Assembly: GCA_951406725.2 (NCBI GenBank)
Contig: OX597819.1
Location: 104,532,001-104,596,000 of the forward strand
DNA from: Octopus vulgaris
Lineage: Eukaryota
Length of the DNA stretch: 64,000 nt
Direction of reading: 5' to 3'
The notes under the pieces were generated by a model that ran no database searches, had not been told where the DNA came from, and saw nothing but the letters and a program-made list of their open reading frames with translations. Below, in pieces: positions 36,806-51,309 of the stretch; within the stretch, counting starts at the first letter, position 1, and every line of letters starts with the position of its first letter. A program made the position numbers and the translations under genes.

Positions 36806-39800
36806 TACTTTTAATCTACATATTTGTTACAATCACTTGCCGAGACACACCCACCATGCTAGGGCGAATGAAGGATAAGAGATGTTACAGTATAACTGAA
36901 AACTTGGGGAGGAGAAGTGGCAGGGGCAGTAGCGAGATATCTTTATGTAATACAACACAGATATTTAAATTGAGAGGGTTTTTCTAAGGATATAGACAGT
37001 ACTAGTCAGCACAATCTTTTGGATTTCTCTGAGACACGGTTCTCCTGGGATATTATCTAGATGTTTCTGGCATCCCTTTCTTATCATACTTTGGTCACCC
37101 ACAATAACATGAACAGTTCTCGCTTTAAAATACCACATCTTTTGTATTTCAATTTCTAGGTGCTTATATTTGCTTAACTTGCCAAATCCTTGGCAGATAT
37201 ATTTTTATCTTTGGCAATACTTATATCTATTAGTCTACAAGAATTTTCTTCTCTGTCTTCAATGACTGTGTCTGTTCGATTAGCCTTGATTGTTCTGTCA
37301 GTGTTGACTGGAAAATCTCAGAGGATAGTGACATTTTTACCTTTAACGATTGGCACAGGATGATGTTCATACCAGTAAGCAGGAGTGCTGAGTTTATAGT
37401 GTTTATTTATATATTTTCCAATGTAAATGCTGTCCTATCCAATCGTCACGATTTTTGTATTTGTTTGGTATCAGCACAGGACATCCCTAGACGAGATGGT
37501 TTATTGTTTCATTAAATTTGTCTCAGAATCTGCATTTAGGGTCAGAACCGTTTTGAAGAACGTTAGCCTGGTAGTTTTTGGTAAGCATGCTTTGATGTTG
37601 TGCCGCCAATATGAAACCTTCTGTCTCTGCTTTTTGTCCCAAGCTTCTCAACCACTGATGAGTTGTTGCTTGGTCTACATCGGCATTTCGGCTTCGAAGT
37701 ATATACTGCTCATGCAGAAGCTTCTGGCTCCATCGTTCCTCAATTTGTTTCTGCTCGTCCTTTTTTGCAGTCTATTTGATCCATTGTGCTTGTTTGGTGG
37801 CAAGTGTTTCAGGTTCTTCATCTAAGTCAGAGTTAATGCCGAGTTCCCTTGTGAATTTGCAAGCTTCCTTGACAACAGAATGTAATTTTTTGCTGCTTTC
37901 ATGTTTGCACACAAACCGCAGCATCCAGTCCTCCTTACTAAATAAGTACTTGTTCATTGCTATTGTAAAGGTCTTATTGCACAAATCTACCTGCATCATT
38001 CCTTTTCCCCCATTACGTTTTGGTAGGTACAGACGATCAACGTTTGCTTTTGGCAAGTGCATGTTCTTAGTAGTTTTCTTGTCTTCCTATCCAGGCGTTG
38101 GAGCTCCGTAGAGTTCCAGTTAATGATGTTAAAACTGTATTGGATGACCGGAAGTGCCAGGGTGTGAAAAGCATCGAAGCGATTTTTCGAGTTGATTTAA
38201 GGTTTTAGTATAAGCCTTACTCTCCTGTAATACTCCTTCCTTATTTTCCTTCATAGTAGCATGTTGTATAACATCTCCTTCGTTAATCCCCACGTATTTA
38301 TAACTTTCTTGTGGGTTAAGTTCCTTGATAGTAGTGCCGGTATCTAATTTAATGGAAGTTGTTTGTTTGATCTTGCCTCTTACAAAAGTTGATTAAGCAC
38401 ACTTATCAAGGCCAAAATCCATCCCGGTGTCATTACTGAACACTTTAACAGTTGTTAACAGCCCTACAAACTCTTCGTCATTTCTAGCAAACAGCTTCAG
38501 ATCGTATATATGAAACAGGTGGTTTGCTATAATAGTATTATTTTTGGTAGAAGGTACGTTGTTCCTTCAGTCAGTCATGCAGGTATTTGCTCTAGGTTCT
38601 GGATGACATCAGTTAAGGATGCAGCAAAATGTTGCTGTACTTCTGTCAGTTCGGCCAGAAGTTAGGGATCCGGCTCAGTACTGGGGCTTTCTGATTGTGA
38701 GACTTTCTAAGAACATATCTTAGCTCTTCTACGCCTATTGCCTCTCATTTCTGCTCTTCAACTTCATCCAGTCTCACGTTCTCACGTTCTATCCAGTGAA
38801 CTTCAGCATTATATTCTTTTTTTGTTGTTCCATATCTTCTTCCAGAACTCTTCCATTTTCTCAGTCTTAGGTGGATCCTTTACTTCTATCATGCTTTTGC
38901 CAATTTCCCTATAAAATTTCTTTGCATCTGTTTTGAATACCTTGTTTTGTCGATAAAATTTGATTATTTTGTCATACCTTCTGAGCCGTTGAGCTTTCAG
39001 TTGTATTCGCTGTTTCACTGTTTCCTTGGTTCTAAGGAGATTTATAAAATCTTAGATTTTATATTTTTGCTTGAGTTTTCTAGCTTTTTTCATCTCAACA
39101 CTTATTTCTCTAGCAAGTTCATTGGGAACTGATTCATCTGCCCGCAAAAATTCGATCTCTTTGTATTGCTAATTTCCACTTAGGAGGTCTGTTGACATGG
39201 TAGGTCCTTTTTATATCGTCCTGGTATCTAGTTGAGCAGTTACAGCTTTAGCAATAGAATAGATGAGGTTTGTTAAGGTTGGGTAATATCCTTTATTTCT
39301 TAAGATCTGTCTAAGAGTAACATTATATAACATGATTAAGTTGTAATTGTTTATGCTATTTGGGAGCTTTGGTAGCAGTTCTCTATTGATCATGTCAGTA
39401 AATTCACTTTTGCTGAGTTCTCCCGTAATATCTTCTTTTGCTTCTATGATCTCTTTATTATTCACCTCAGATTCTGTGTCATATCTATTTTGGCGATCTT
39501 GAGGTAGGTCTACTTTCTCCTCTTTTTCCGTATATCATTTCTTCGTAAATCTTTTTTCAGCTTCCTCGTTAGGATGTACTGCAGGTACACTGGGTTCTGT
39601 GCATCTGTTACCTATTTCATCTGCATTGTTACTGTTTTCCTTTGGTCTACCATGAGATATTAGCGTCCTAATTTGTCTAATTTCAAGGTCAATTAATCTT
39701 TTTATTCTTAATGATGTCTCTACGTACATTACTTAATTTATTTGCGACTATATATCGGCGTACTTCGTTTCCTAATAAGTTTCTCCAATGAGGTCATTGT

Positions 39801-40742
39801 TTGAGTTTAGTTGGGCTTTATAGAAAGCTTTCAACACATCTCTATAATCCTCTCTAGTCCATTTTATGCGTTTTGTTTCAAGTGATGTCATTACAGGTCT
39901 AAGGTTAGGGTTATACTGGCTCTGGTTACCTGGTAGTTCGTTTGTTTTTTTGTTTTTTTGAGAGACTGTTCCAGTAGTAGACTTTTCGACCCCAGTCTGG
40001 TTCCCCACTGGGTAACGCGGCCTTGTCTCGAGCGATGACCGATCTGGCTTGAGATTTGGCTTGTCATTAAAGTATTGACGGTGACAATAGGAAACGGGTC
40101 TGTTTGTTCAGGGTGGACTTTTGACATAACACCACTTTCTTGTTCTTCGGATGGATATACTTGTCATATCGTAGGCTGATATATCGAAAATAGCCTCTAT
40201 TTTTTTGGTAGCTATGTTTCCGGGCATAACTATTTAATAAAGCTTTAAAATGCGTGACCGATTTGCTCCTTTTTATATTCGTTGGTGGGAAGTCGCTTTG
40301 TTTTTGATTGGTGCGGCGTCGTTCGTGACACGTGTTTTTCTCTTATTTTCTGTGTGTGAACGTGTGCGTCGTGTAGGCATTATTTATGTTGCTTATAAAT
40401 ATTAGTATGTGCACACGGATGTATAGACAGTTGCATGTATAGGTAATTATTCAATTTACGTATTTACTGTGTAATCAGTGTGTTTGGTGTGTTTTTCCAG
40501 GGTTCCTAGTGCTGGTTTCGACGTCTTAAGTATGTCACTTTGAGATATCACGCATTTAAGAAAGACACTACACTGTATTTAACAAAAATCTTCCCGATTT
40601 TTTTCAGTTCCTTTGCTTTAACAGAACTTTTCCTACAGTTGTATCGCAAAGTTTTCCTTCTATTGCACCGATGTTACTGGATTAAATTTGTTTTGAGGCA
40701 AGAACTTCTTAGTGTATGTCTAAGTTGTTATTTAACAGGAGC
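36804..40742 (-). mobile_element. Near-full-length but decayed R4/Dong-like retrotransposon between (TAA)n arrays, with internal RT deletion
   Basis: RIKWTREDYRDVLKAFY, KQRIQLKAQRLRRY...FYRQNKVF, RLYLPKRNGGKGMMQ, C-terminal KIVLTSTVYILRKTLS. (ATT)n lies at both ends (36753-36803, 40743-40783). Confidence 0.82.
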
Positions 40743-40785
<43 letters not shown>

Positions 40786-40786
40786 T

Positions 40787-40948
40787 TCGCCCGTTGCTAC
40801 GTTCTGAGTTCAAGTTCCGCCGGGGTCAACTTTACCTTTCATCCTTTTCGGGGTCGATAAATTAAGTACCAGTGAAACACTGGGATCGATGTAATCGATT
40901 AGTCCCCTCCTTCGAAATTTCAAGCCTTGTGCCTTTAGTAGAAAGGAT
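40787..40948 (+). mobile_element. 5'-truncated Meta-type SINE; another diverged copy at about 42490-42635
   Basis: GTTCTGAGTTCAAGTTCCGCCGGGGTCAACTTTACCTTTCATCCTTTTCGGGGTCGATAAATTAAGTACCAG. Confidence 0.85.
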
Positions 40949-41104
40949 TATTTTATTATTATTATTATCTGATCTGCTTTATCCAATGCTTTATTCTTTT
41001 TTTTTTTTTTTTTTACGACAGTAGTGAGGGAACTGAGGAAAATTTCGCTGCTAAATAAAGGGTCAGGAGTTTAATTAATTGTTGTGGTTGTTACGTGAAC
41101 AACA

Positions 41105-41163
41105 GCATCAGTAGCACAGGAGTAGTAGTAGCAGCAGCAACAGTAGCTGTAGCAGCAGCAGCT

Positions 41164-41233
<70 letters not shown>

Positions 41234-41268
41234 CAGCAGCAGCAGCAGCAGTCGCCGCCGTCGTCGTC

Positions 41269-41320
<52 letters not shown>

Positions 41321-41367
41321 CAGCAGCAGCAGCAGCAGTCGCCGCCGTCGTCGTCGTCGTCGTCGTC

Positions 41368-41450
<83 letters not shown>

Positions 41451-41452
41451 TA
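41105..41452. repeat. Compound (GTA)n(GCA)n(GTC)n array with a duplicated higher-order block
   Basis: The block (GCA)n GTC GCC GCC (GTC)n (GTA)n occurs twice. Confidence 0.95.
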
Positions 41453-43426
41453 GTCAACATTTACGCAAATCAGGAGGTTTGGGTGGAAATTTCAACTGAA
41501 ATTATCTGCAACTCTTAGAAATGGGTATTTTGTGACCAAATGTATGATCTGAATGAGTCATTCACACAGTTTTTACACATATTTAGATGGCAACTTGTTT
41601 AATTTCATTTAGTGTCATTACTCTTGAGATATATGATATAACTGTCCTCACTGTCCTTATTTTTGCCGCTTTAAAATGGCGATAAGATTCTATTTGCAGA
41701 ACATTTGGTTGCTCTTTGAAACAGATCAGATTGATATTCAGGAGTTAAGTTTGCTAGCTTTCCCATAACAGTTAGAGAAGGGCTTAGAACATAAAACATT
41801 ATGTTGATTACAGATACGGTCGATAATTTTGTTTTAGTTATTTTTATGATAAATATTGTGGCCTTTTTCTTATTGTCCAGAAACTATCTTCGTTTTTACA
41901 TTTTCCCAACGCTGCACACTTAGCATTTGAATGTATCCCTTGTTGCAGTGGACGTCTTTATGATCAGGCTTTTCTCCGTAGTATATAGACTACATTAGCT
42001 GCAGGAAATCCTTTGTTTCAAATTTTGCTTAATAAAAGTTTTCCTTAGGAAATAAACACCCTTTACTTCGTTAACAATAGTACAAACATCAATACCGTTA
42101 CTATCACAATCACCATCGTCACCAGTTGGGTGAAGATATCATCTGGACGAACCTTTGAAGAGCTAGAAATATCAGCTACAACCTTTCGAATCACAGAATG
42201 TAACCATAGAAAAGAAAAGGACATATTGAACAACACCAGCACCAGCACCATTATTGAGTTACATATCCCATCACTAAATTTACAACCACAACTAAAAGAC
42301 GCAATGCCGTCCTCGTTATCCATGACTATCAACATCGGTACCGCCATCACCACGACCTTCACCACAATCCCCACATATGCAAAACCATACTGAATACCAC
42401 AACTACCATCAACATCCTCTCCGCTATCCCCACTACAAACATTACTGTTACAAAGCAACACCAATATTAACACTACTAGTCCGACACTTTACGTTCAAAT
42501 CCCTCCGAGGTCGGTCTTGCCTTTCATCTTCTCGGTTACTAGTTAATGAAGTACCAGTCAAGTGGTGGAGCCGAAGTAATCAACCTACACTTTTCTCCTA
42601 AGATTGCTGCTTTGGCGCCAAAATTTGAAACAATAGTAACACTACTGTGAACGTCACCACTGCCACTATATCACTAAGTAACGACAATATTAATACCATC
42701 ACTACGTCACCACAATCGCCATTTCCACCACCACCACCACCACCACCACCACTGCCACCGCTACTACTAGCACTATAACCATACCACCATCACCAATACT
42801 GATATTCCAACACAGCACTACCACTGCCATACCACCATTACCACCATAACCACCGTCAAAATCTCTACTGCTCCTTCCCCAACAAAACAACAAAATATAT
42901 ATCGCAATATACCACTATACCAAACACATCATCAATGGCAGCACTCTGTTAGATGAAAAATCTCAGATCGTTGCTGTTGTTTTTTCACTTCTTTAATTAC
43001 ATACAATAAGAGAATTCCTCAATATCTTTATCACAATATTCTTACCATACAGCATATTTCTTTCTTAGCTTCCCATTTTCTTATATTGTCTTGTATTTTT
43101 CGCCGGGGCTTTATTGTTTGTACTATTTTAGGGTCTTATTTGTGCATTTTTGTGGGGTGTGGGTGAAGGTAAAACCATGTATCTGTATTTTGAGTAATTT
43201 CTTTTAGTGATATTCTTATTCTTAGTACTGGCGGTGTGTATGTGTATTTGTGCGTGTGTCTCTTACGCATTTATGTATATTATTTATATTTAGTTTTATG
43301 TGCTTGAATATTGTATTATTGTCTCTGTCCCATTCTTTACCTATTCTCTCTCTCTCTCACTCTCTCTTCAAGCACACACATATGTGTGATTATATGTACG
43401 TTTGTGTATATGTATGCATGTGTATG

Positions 43427-43484
<58 letters not shown>

Positions 43485-43589
43485 TGCAATATGTTTGTTC
43501 CTTCTTTGTACACAGACATAGTAACACATCCATATCTCACACATATGCATACATAAACATATGACACACATACACAGAATTATGTATAT

Positions 43590-43751
43590 GTATATATTAT
43601 TCGCATATACATGCATATGTGTGTGTTTATATATATATGCATATACATATATATACATATATATATATATATATGTATATATATGTATATATATATATAT
43701 ATAAATATATATGTATATATATATATATGGATATATATATATATATAAATA

Positions 43752-43813
<62 letters not shown>

Positions 43814-43841
43814 CATATATATATGTATATATATACATATA

Positions 43842-43897
<56 letters not shown>

Positions 43898-43950
43898 AAT
43901 GTTTTAACATACATATATGTGTTTGAATGTGTGTGTGTGTGTGTGTGTAT
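43590..43950. repeat. Long interrupted (TA)n array
   Basis: Direct inspection. Confidence 0.95.
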
Positions 43951-44813
43951 ATCTATCTATCTATCTATCTATCGATATTACCCCACGTACACACGTAGGC
44001 ACACACATGTAGATATCTTTACATTTATATATGTCAGTCCATTCGGAATTCTTACTTATATAGTTTTACTTAATGTTGTTGCTGCTCTCTTTTATTTCTC
44101 GCTACACCACCCTTTCACACACCACACCTACACCACGCACACATTCACGCACAGACTCTCGTATACACATACAAACACACATACACGCAAGTGGTCTTAC
44201 GCACACATACACCAGCTACTGTCTCTCACCCTATGCACCTACCGATCCTTCCCACAATTCCATTTTTCCTCATCTTTTCTTGCTGCTATTCCCTTTGTTT
44301 CCTTTTATTTCTCCCTTAGTTCCTTCCCTCGTCCTGCCCCTCACAATTACCATTACCTCTATTCTTACCGTCTTAACACCTAACCCTCCACCTATGCTTC
44401 CCTTAAAAATACCACCATACCGCTCTTAACAAAAACCTCCACAAAAGCCTGTCAAGTACCACACACCACTCCCACTCTTGCACACCTCACGAAATTCCGT
44501 GTTTGGTCAAGCACCATCGTCACACTGTACCAAAACTCAAGGCGTTTGACGGTAGGAACCCCTCCTGACAACCTGTCTCTTACCCAACATCTCTTTTTTC
44601 GCTCTCCACTATCTCTCCCCCTCTTCCTCTTCTTACTCTTCCCCCACCTTGTCTTCAACAAAAGCCATGTCAGTCATTAGTATATAATATATAAAAGCAC
44701 TCAAATATCTTTAAGCTGTTTTCTCTTTTTATTATTTTCTTTTCTTGTATATTATTATTAAGGAAATGGTATTTCTCGCTAAATGGAACGGAACCTTGAA
44801 CATGGTAAAGAAA

Positions 44814-44849
<36 letters not shown>

Positions 44850-45954
44850 GCACACACACACACACATACAAACATACATACCTACATACACTCATAGATG
44901 TAATTATATAAGTCTTTATATTTTTAAGTATGTCAATGTATATGTATAAATATGCGTGTGTGTTTGTATTTGCGAGTGTCTGTGTGCGTGTGTATGTGTA
45001 TGCGTGTGTGCGTGTGTGTGTATACTTATATATATAAATATATTTTATGTATGTGATTTTTAAAAATACAGTCACATGTGTGCACATACATATTTATTTA
45101 TACAATAAACGCATACATGTATAATGTACATTGAAACGTACTTATCTCCTGTTTTATTTAGAAGTTCTATTTTTGAAATATTGCTATTCACAAACAATAC
45201 AACAGACCCAGGGTAGATGAGGCCCTTCCGCTCTTTAGCTGCTCCTATTAAAGAAGGTAATTCGATACAAATCTTATACCCTGTATATTGGGCTCGTGAC
45301 TCGGCTCTGCAAAAACAAGACCTCGGTAATAATAGTAATCGTGCAAATTCTTCGAACACCTGTGCAGATATCTTGCCGAATCCTTATTTTTCGAAGCGAC
45401 GCGAGTTCAGAGACAGCGAGAGATAGATAGAGAGCAACTAAGTGGGTGAGCGAGAGAGAGAATGACAGTGAGTGAGAGAGTGAGTGAGTGGGGCAGAGAG
45501 ACAGGGAGAGAGAGATAGAGAGTGAGAGAGAGAGAGAATTTCGAGATAAATTCACTAGAAGTCAAATGCGTATTTGCAGAAAACGAAGAATCGGGGACAT
45601 ATTGTATTGCTCAGTCAAAACTCATTGGTATTGTATGTACACTCAAACCTGCTGAAGAGTTGAGAAACATTACATTTATAAATACAAGATCAAACACTAA
45701 AACCTTGAGAAAATATGCATAGATATACAAAGATAAAACAAATATTTGGTGAACAAACTACGTCAAACACAAAATAAAACACATTCTTCTATTTTCTTTT
45801 CTTATAGATTTGGTGCTTTCAGTTGTTTGATAAAGTCAGGCTCGAGCACTTTTATTTGAACAAGTTAAGGGAAAGTCTGAGTCACTCATGTTTAGAGTCC
45901 CATCATCTGCAAATGTTTTGCAGTTTTCTACAAATTTATCCACGATTCCGAATC

Positions 45955-46023
<69 letters not shown>

Positions 46024-46054
46024 AATACATAGATGCATACATGCATACATACAA

Positions 46055-46365
46055 ACATGGCCATACTGGAGCACTGCCTTTAGTCGAACAAATCGACCCA
46101 GAGCTTATTCTTTGTAAACCTATTACTTATTCTGTCGGTCTCTTTTGCCGAATCGCTAGCTTACGGGAACGCAAACACACCAATAAATCGGTTGCCAAGC
46201 GATGTTGGCGGGTGGTAAACACAGACACATAAATATATACATACATAAATTATATATATATGACGGGCTTCTTTCAGTTTCCGTCTACCAAATCCACTAA
46301 CAAGGCTATAGAAGAAGACATTTGCCCAAGGTGCCACACAGAGGGACTGAACCCAGAACCACGTT
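46055..46365 (-). mobile_element. Diverged CORE-type SINE
   Basis: Aligns to 69-510. Confidence 0.85.
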
Positions 46366-46379
46366 GCTGAACTGCTGCG

Positions 46380-46850
46380 GTGGAACGGTTAAACTCCCTG
46401 GAATGCCCCAATCCCAGAACCATTGAAGAAACTTGGTCAACCGACCAAGATTCTAAGCACTTTCAAAACAAAATTCGACAATATAACGCTGCATTACAGA
46501 TGATATCATCTGGAACTATAAGAGAAATAACTGAACCAGGATTCATGCAAGCTTTCAAGATCTACAGGCAAATTTATCATCGGATTGACTCTCTACTACC
46601 TCTGTCAAATGAGTCACCAAAATTCGTACAAATATACTTGATGGGTGATTCTCAACATGAAGGGCAAGAGAGGGGCAAGAACATTTCTGGCACCAGGATG
46701 CACATTGTGGTGCCTCTGCAAAAGATGCTGCACAACAACAATGACCTCATCTGAACCTTCAAGACTCTACTTGAAACAATTCCACTTAACTCCAGGAAAT
46801 ACAATGTAGTTATGAGGTCACACAAGAAACCAGCTGGTCAACATGGAGGG
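46380..46850 (+). pseudogene. Helitron Rep/helicase N-terminal region relic
   Basis: SKHFQNKIRQYNAALQMISSG...FKIYRQIYHRIDSLLP...PKFVQIY...LQKMLHNNN matches the Helitron F..IR.YN..FQMTSFG...IQGQIYH..GSLLP...PKFLQIY pattern. Confidence 0.8.
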
Positions 46851-48199
46851 AGGAAAAACTACTGTGTTAAGGTTATGAATTTATATTCTAAGTTTATAAA
46901 CTGCTTTTATACATACATACATACATACATACATACATACATACATACATACATGCATACATGCATACATATATATATATATATATTTAGATATTATAAG
47001 TCTGCAAACATACACATACACAATCTGTGCTTATATGTGTGTATACAAAAGTTTTATATATACATATGCGTGCGTGTGTATACGCACGCGCGTGCGTGAT
47101 TACAAACAGGCATAGCTTAGTAAAGTAGTTCACTTCAAATTTTGGAAGAAGGTTTACGCTAGGTTCGGGTAGAGTAAAGCCTTGTGAGGGAAATTCTGTT
47201 GACAGAACTCGTACCTTTCTCTGCAAGCATTTCAATTGCAGTGACATTGATTCTTCTTTCATAAAAAGATACTCGCGTCAGTGGAATGTTTACTCACTTT
47301 CCACGTTATCGAATGAATTGATCAAACAAGTGATTGGTCATATCTCGAAACTGACCGAAACGTCTATAATAATAAACATGAAACTCTGTCTGTCCGGGAC
47401 CCCCGTATCCTAGTCTATATTTGTTCTACATAGATATATTATACCTTTTTGGAATCTGGATGATTCCGGGATTGAAAATCTGCCCTTCATTTGGTTCTTG
47501 AATATTCAGCATTGGGATATGATTTAAAAGCATTTGAGTTGCTATTTCTAGCAGGTAAAGAGTAGCTGATTCACACCATCTTAGTTGGCATTTGTCAGAT
47601 GACGTCAGAGATCATGGAGGAGATAAATGACATTCGCTTCGTTAGTTTTATGTCGGGATAAGAACCTTAGGACAAGTTGGTCAACAGTTGGAATTCAACT
47701 TGGGACTGGAATGATAGAATGATTGCACTATGGAATTAATTCTTATCCGTCCTTAGAATTTGATCAAACACCGCCGTGTAGACGTATTATTGTCATGCTA
47801 TTTAGCTCTCTTTAGTTTTGGGTTGCAGGCCTAATTAGCTCTCTGCAGGAGCTCACGTAAAAGTCCGCACAGAGTGCAGCTTTTAAGCTAGTCCATTACA
47901 CACACACACACAAACATAGACACATACACACACATAAACACATATACACATACACACATCCTCACACACACACGTACACACACATACACAGGCGCGCATA
48001 TGGCTAGAACTATATAAATATATATATTTTTCATTCAATTTTATTTAAGTTCTTCTTTAGAAAGAGTTCAAAGTGACAAGAGTTAAGAGTGTTCCCAGCA
48101 TTTGTAAATATGTCGCTGAGCTGGCTAGTGTGCTGGATGAACAGTGGATGCACACAACCAAGTTTATTCATTTATACATCTAAAGAATGTGAAATGGAG

Positions 48200-49000
48200 A
48201 ATCTTTAGAATGTCTTAAAACTTTTCACAGAGCTGCTAATAGAATAAAGAATGAGTGTCAGTTTCTTTTGCTCTTTCTTCGCAAAACGTAATACTTCTAG
48301 GGTTTTGTATAAACCTATAGATACATAGTCAAATGCACCTCATGTTGATAAGTACAAATGAAAATGTATAGTCAGAGTTGTGAGTTTCGCATTAATTCAC
48401 CAGTAATATTCTCTTTTTCGTGAACTTTTGACAGTACATTCACATCCGCTGGGCAGCTGACCTCTGCAACAGTGCAAGACTTCTGTTCCCTGTTCCACAG
48501 GACAATATCAGATCAGTTGAGTTTGCCCTGGATTGCTGTTTTCATTGGAGTATCCAACCTTTGACGTATCTGTCAGGGTAATCCTTTCTGCGGAAGCATT
48601 GTAAATCGTTATTGCAATTATATCATGTCGCAGGAATAGAAAGTGCCCAGGGACATTTTGGGGCAGCCGCTAATAATATGGCTTACATCTTCCAAACTGG
48701 TATAGTAGACCCAATATTTTATATCACAGCGTGGATGTTTGGTCTCTGTTGTTTATCAGGTATTTAGTAGCTATCTGCTATTACAAGATAACCAAGACAA
48801 TGCTGCTGCTATCCTCTAGCTTATGGTATAGGTATCCATGCATTGCTTTTTGCTGGTAGGACTATGTTTCCGTCCCAAGCTTCTGTTTAGGTAGGCTAGT
48901 CCAGCCACCTTTGGATCACATCAGACAGTTGTACTCTCACAGTACTTGGTCATTAGTTCCATTCGTACTTTGAAGATATTGTTTCTCACGTTTTTGAGTA
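48200..49000 (-). mobile_element. Degraded 3' fragment of a third RLE (R4/Dong-like) retrotransposon
   Basis: MHGYL, QIATKYLIN, EDVSHIISGCPKMS, RHDIIA, SDIVLWNREQKSCTVAEVSCPADVNV..KVHEKEN. Confidence 0.75.
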
Positions 49001-50612
49001 TGCTTGTATCATTACTTTCTTTACTGTTCAGCAAGCGTTGTGAGTGATAAGTATATATGTAGCAAGGTATGCATCTCTCGCTCTTTCTGTGAACGTGTGT
49101 GCGTATGCGTGTGCGTGCATGCGTGCATGTGTGTATGTGTGTGCATGTGTGTGAATGTGTGTGTGTGTAGAGAGAGAGAGAGACTGAGTGAGAATTAGTG
49201 TGAGATAAAGAGAGCGATAGAACGATAGTGATCGATCGATAGATTTAGCGGTAGAGACCAAATAAGATTCCATATTGACACCAAACAAACGTTAAAAGCA
49301 CCGAAGGCCAGCACTACTGAAACACCACTACAAAACCACTGTTACACCAGCAGACATTTCCATCTGTTCATCTATTCATTCTACATTCACAGCCAATGTG
49401 AGTGTAACACATTCACATATACAGACAATTATTTCATTTGTTTCTAATTTTACATTAACAACTCCGTCCAGATTCCTGCATCCTTAAGAATATTTGTGCT
49501 CCAGGACAAACCTTAGTTGAGTCGGTCAGCAATAGAAACCATAAGTTGTCTTCAAAGGAAGCAGAACAATGGTGAATGTCTTTGGACAGCACCTGACTTA
49601 ATATCTGGTTCCTGATGCAGTCTTTTGCAGGCTAGCTTACACACACACACGCACGCACACACACACACATACGCACACAGATACGCAGACACATACACAT
49701 ATGTATCTATTCAGGTATATATACATGTTTTCATAGAAGTTGATATATACATGTACTCAGACATATATACTTTTTATGTATGCATAAACATATATATTTA
49801 TCTATCAATTAATATACGTATCTATAGATAGGTATACATGCTCATACGCACGAATACATACAATCACACACGCACACACACATATATACATTAAAAGAAA
49901 AAAGACTGGAATAAAACAAAGAAAGGGGCGAAGATAAATAAATAGAAAGGCGTGAATTTTCTTTGAAACGGTGAAACTTTGAAGAGATAGAAGCACAATC
50001 ATATGCCTTTGCGCATAAGTGTACACACACACAAGCAGCGCGCACACACATTCACGCACATCCATATGTATGTGTATAAATGCGTGTATGTGGCCGTATA
50101 TGCATGTGTGTTTGTGCGTGTGTATATGTACACGTTTGTGTATGTATAAGTTATTTGATGTCGAGATATCACACAAATCTACAAACGAAAAACAGGCAAA
50201 AATTTCTCTTTGTTTTCGCTTTGTTTCTGTGTTACACGTTTTATATTTTATGTTTTGCAATTTGGCTGCTGGCTTTAACCGATACACAAGAGAAGAAAAG
50301 AAAATAAGTAGGCATGTATGCATGCATTCACTTATCTATTTGTATGTTTATCAGTCAGATGCCATCTGTAATATTCGTGTGTACGTGTGTGCCTATGAGT
50401 CTCTCTCTCCCCCTCCCCTCTCTGTTGTCTCTATGTGTTAGTATTTGATTGTACATGGGTGCACGTGAATGTATGCGGCAGATGCTTTACAGACGATGGT
50501 CGAAAACTTATAACGAATAGGCGAAAGTGAAGTTAATTATGATAAAACGTATAGTTAATACATATACACGTATGGTACATATATATATACGCACGCGTGT
50601 GTTCATATAAGT

Positions 50613-50662
<50 letters not shown>

Positions 50663-50703
50663 AACACACACACACATATATATGTATATATATATATACA
50701 CAC

Positions 50704-50750
<47 letters not shown>

Positions 50751-50751
<1 letters not shown>

Positions 50752-51107
50752 CGTAGCACTCCGTCGGTTACAACGACGAGGGTTCCAGTTGATCCGATCA
50801 ACGGAACAGCCTACTCGTGAAATTAACGTACTCGTACCTTTAACGTAGTTCGCGGGGAGATTCAGCGTGACACAGAGTGTGACAAGGCTGGCTCTATGAA
50901 ACAGAGGTACAACAGAAGCAGGAAGAAAGAGTGACAGCAAGTTGTGGTGAAAGAATACAGCGGAAGTCGCCACCACCCTCTGCCGGAGTTCGTGGAGCTT
51001 TAGGTGTTTTCACTCAATAAACACTCACAACGCCCGGTCTGAGAATCGAAAAGCGATCCTACGGCCGCGAGACCGCTGCCATAACCACTGGGCCATTGCT
51101 TCTCCAC
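50751..51107 (-). mobile_element. tRNA-derived SINE of a third family, full length
   Basis: Head GGAGAAGCAATGGCCCAGTGGTTA...TTCGATTCTC (A/B boxes). 5' part also at 59285-59446; diverged body fragment near 9340-9430. Confidence 0.85.
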
Positions 51108-51140
51108 GATACTCTCTCTCTCTCACAGACACACAGACAC

Positions 51141-51171
<31 letters not shown>

Positions 51172-51260
51172 TGTATATGCAACATATATTTGGAGTATTC
51201 AGGCTGAATACTCCAAACGTAGAAGACATTTACTTCTTGTTTCCAAATCGTGAGCGTTAG

Positions 51261-51309
<49 letters not shown>

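Noticed and set aside
51189-51217. Perfect 14-bp hairpin followed by CGTA, like a hammerhead 3' half or a terminator
   Set aside because: No core upstream and the G of GAAA is absent; bacterial terminators are not relevant to this DNA.
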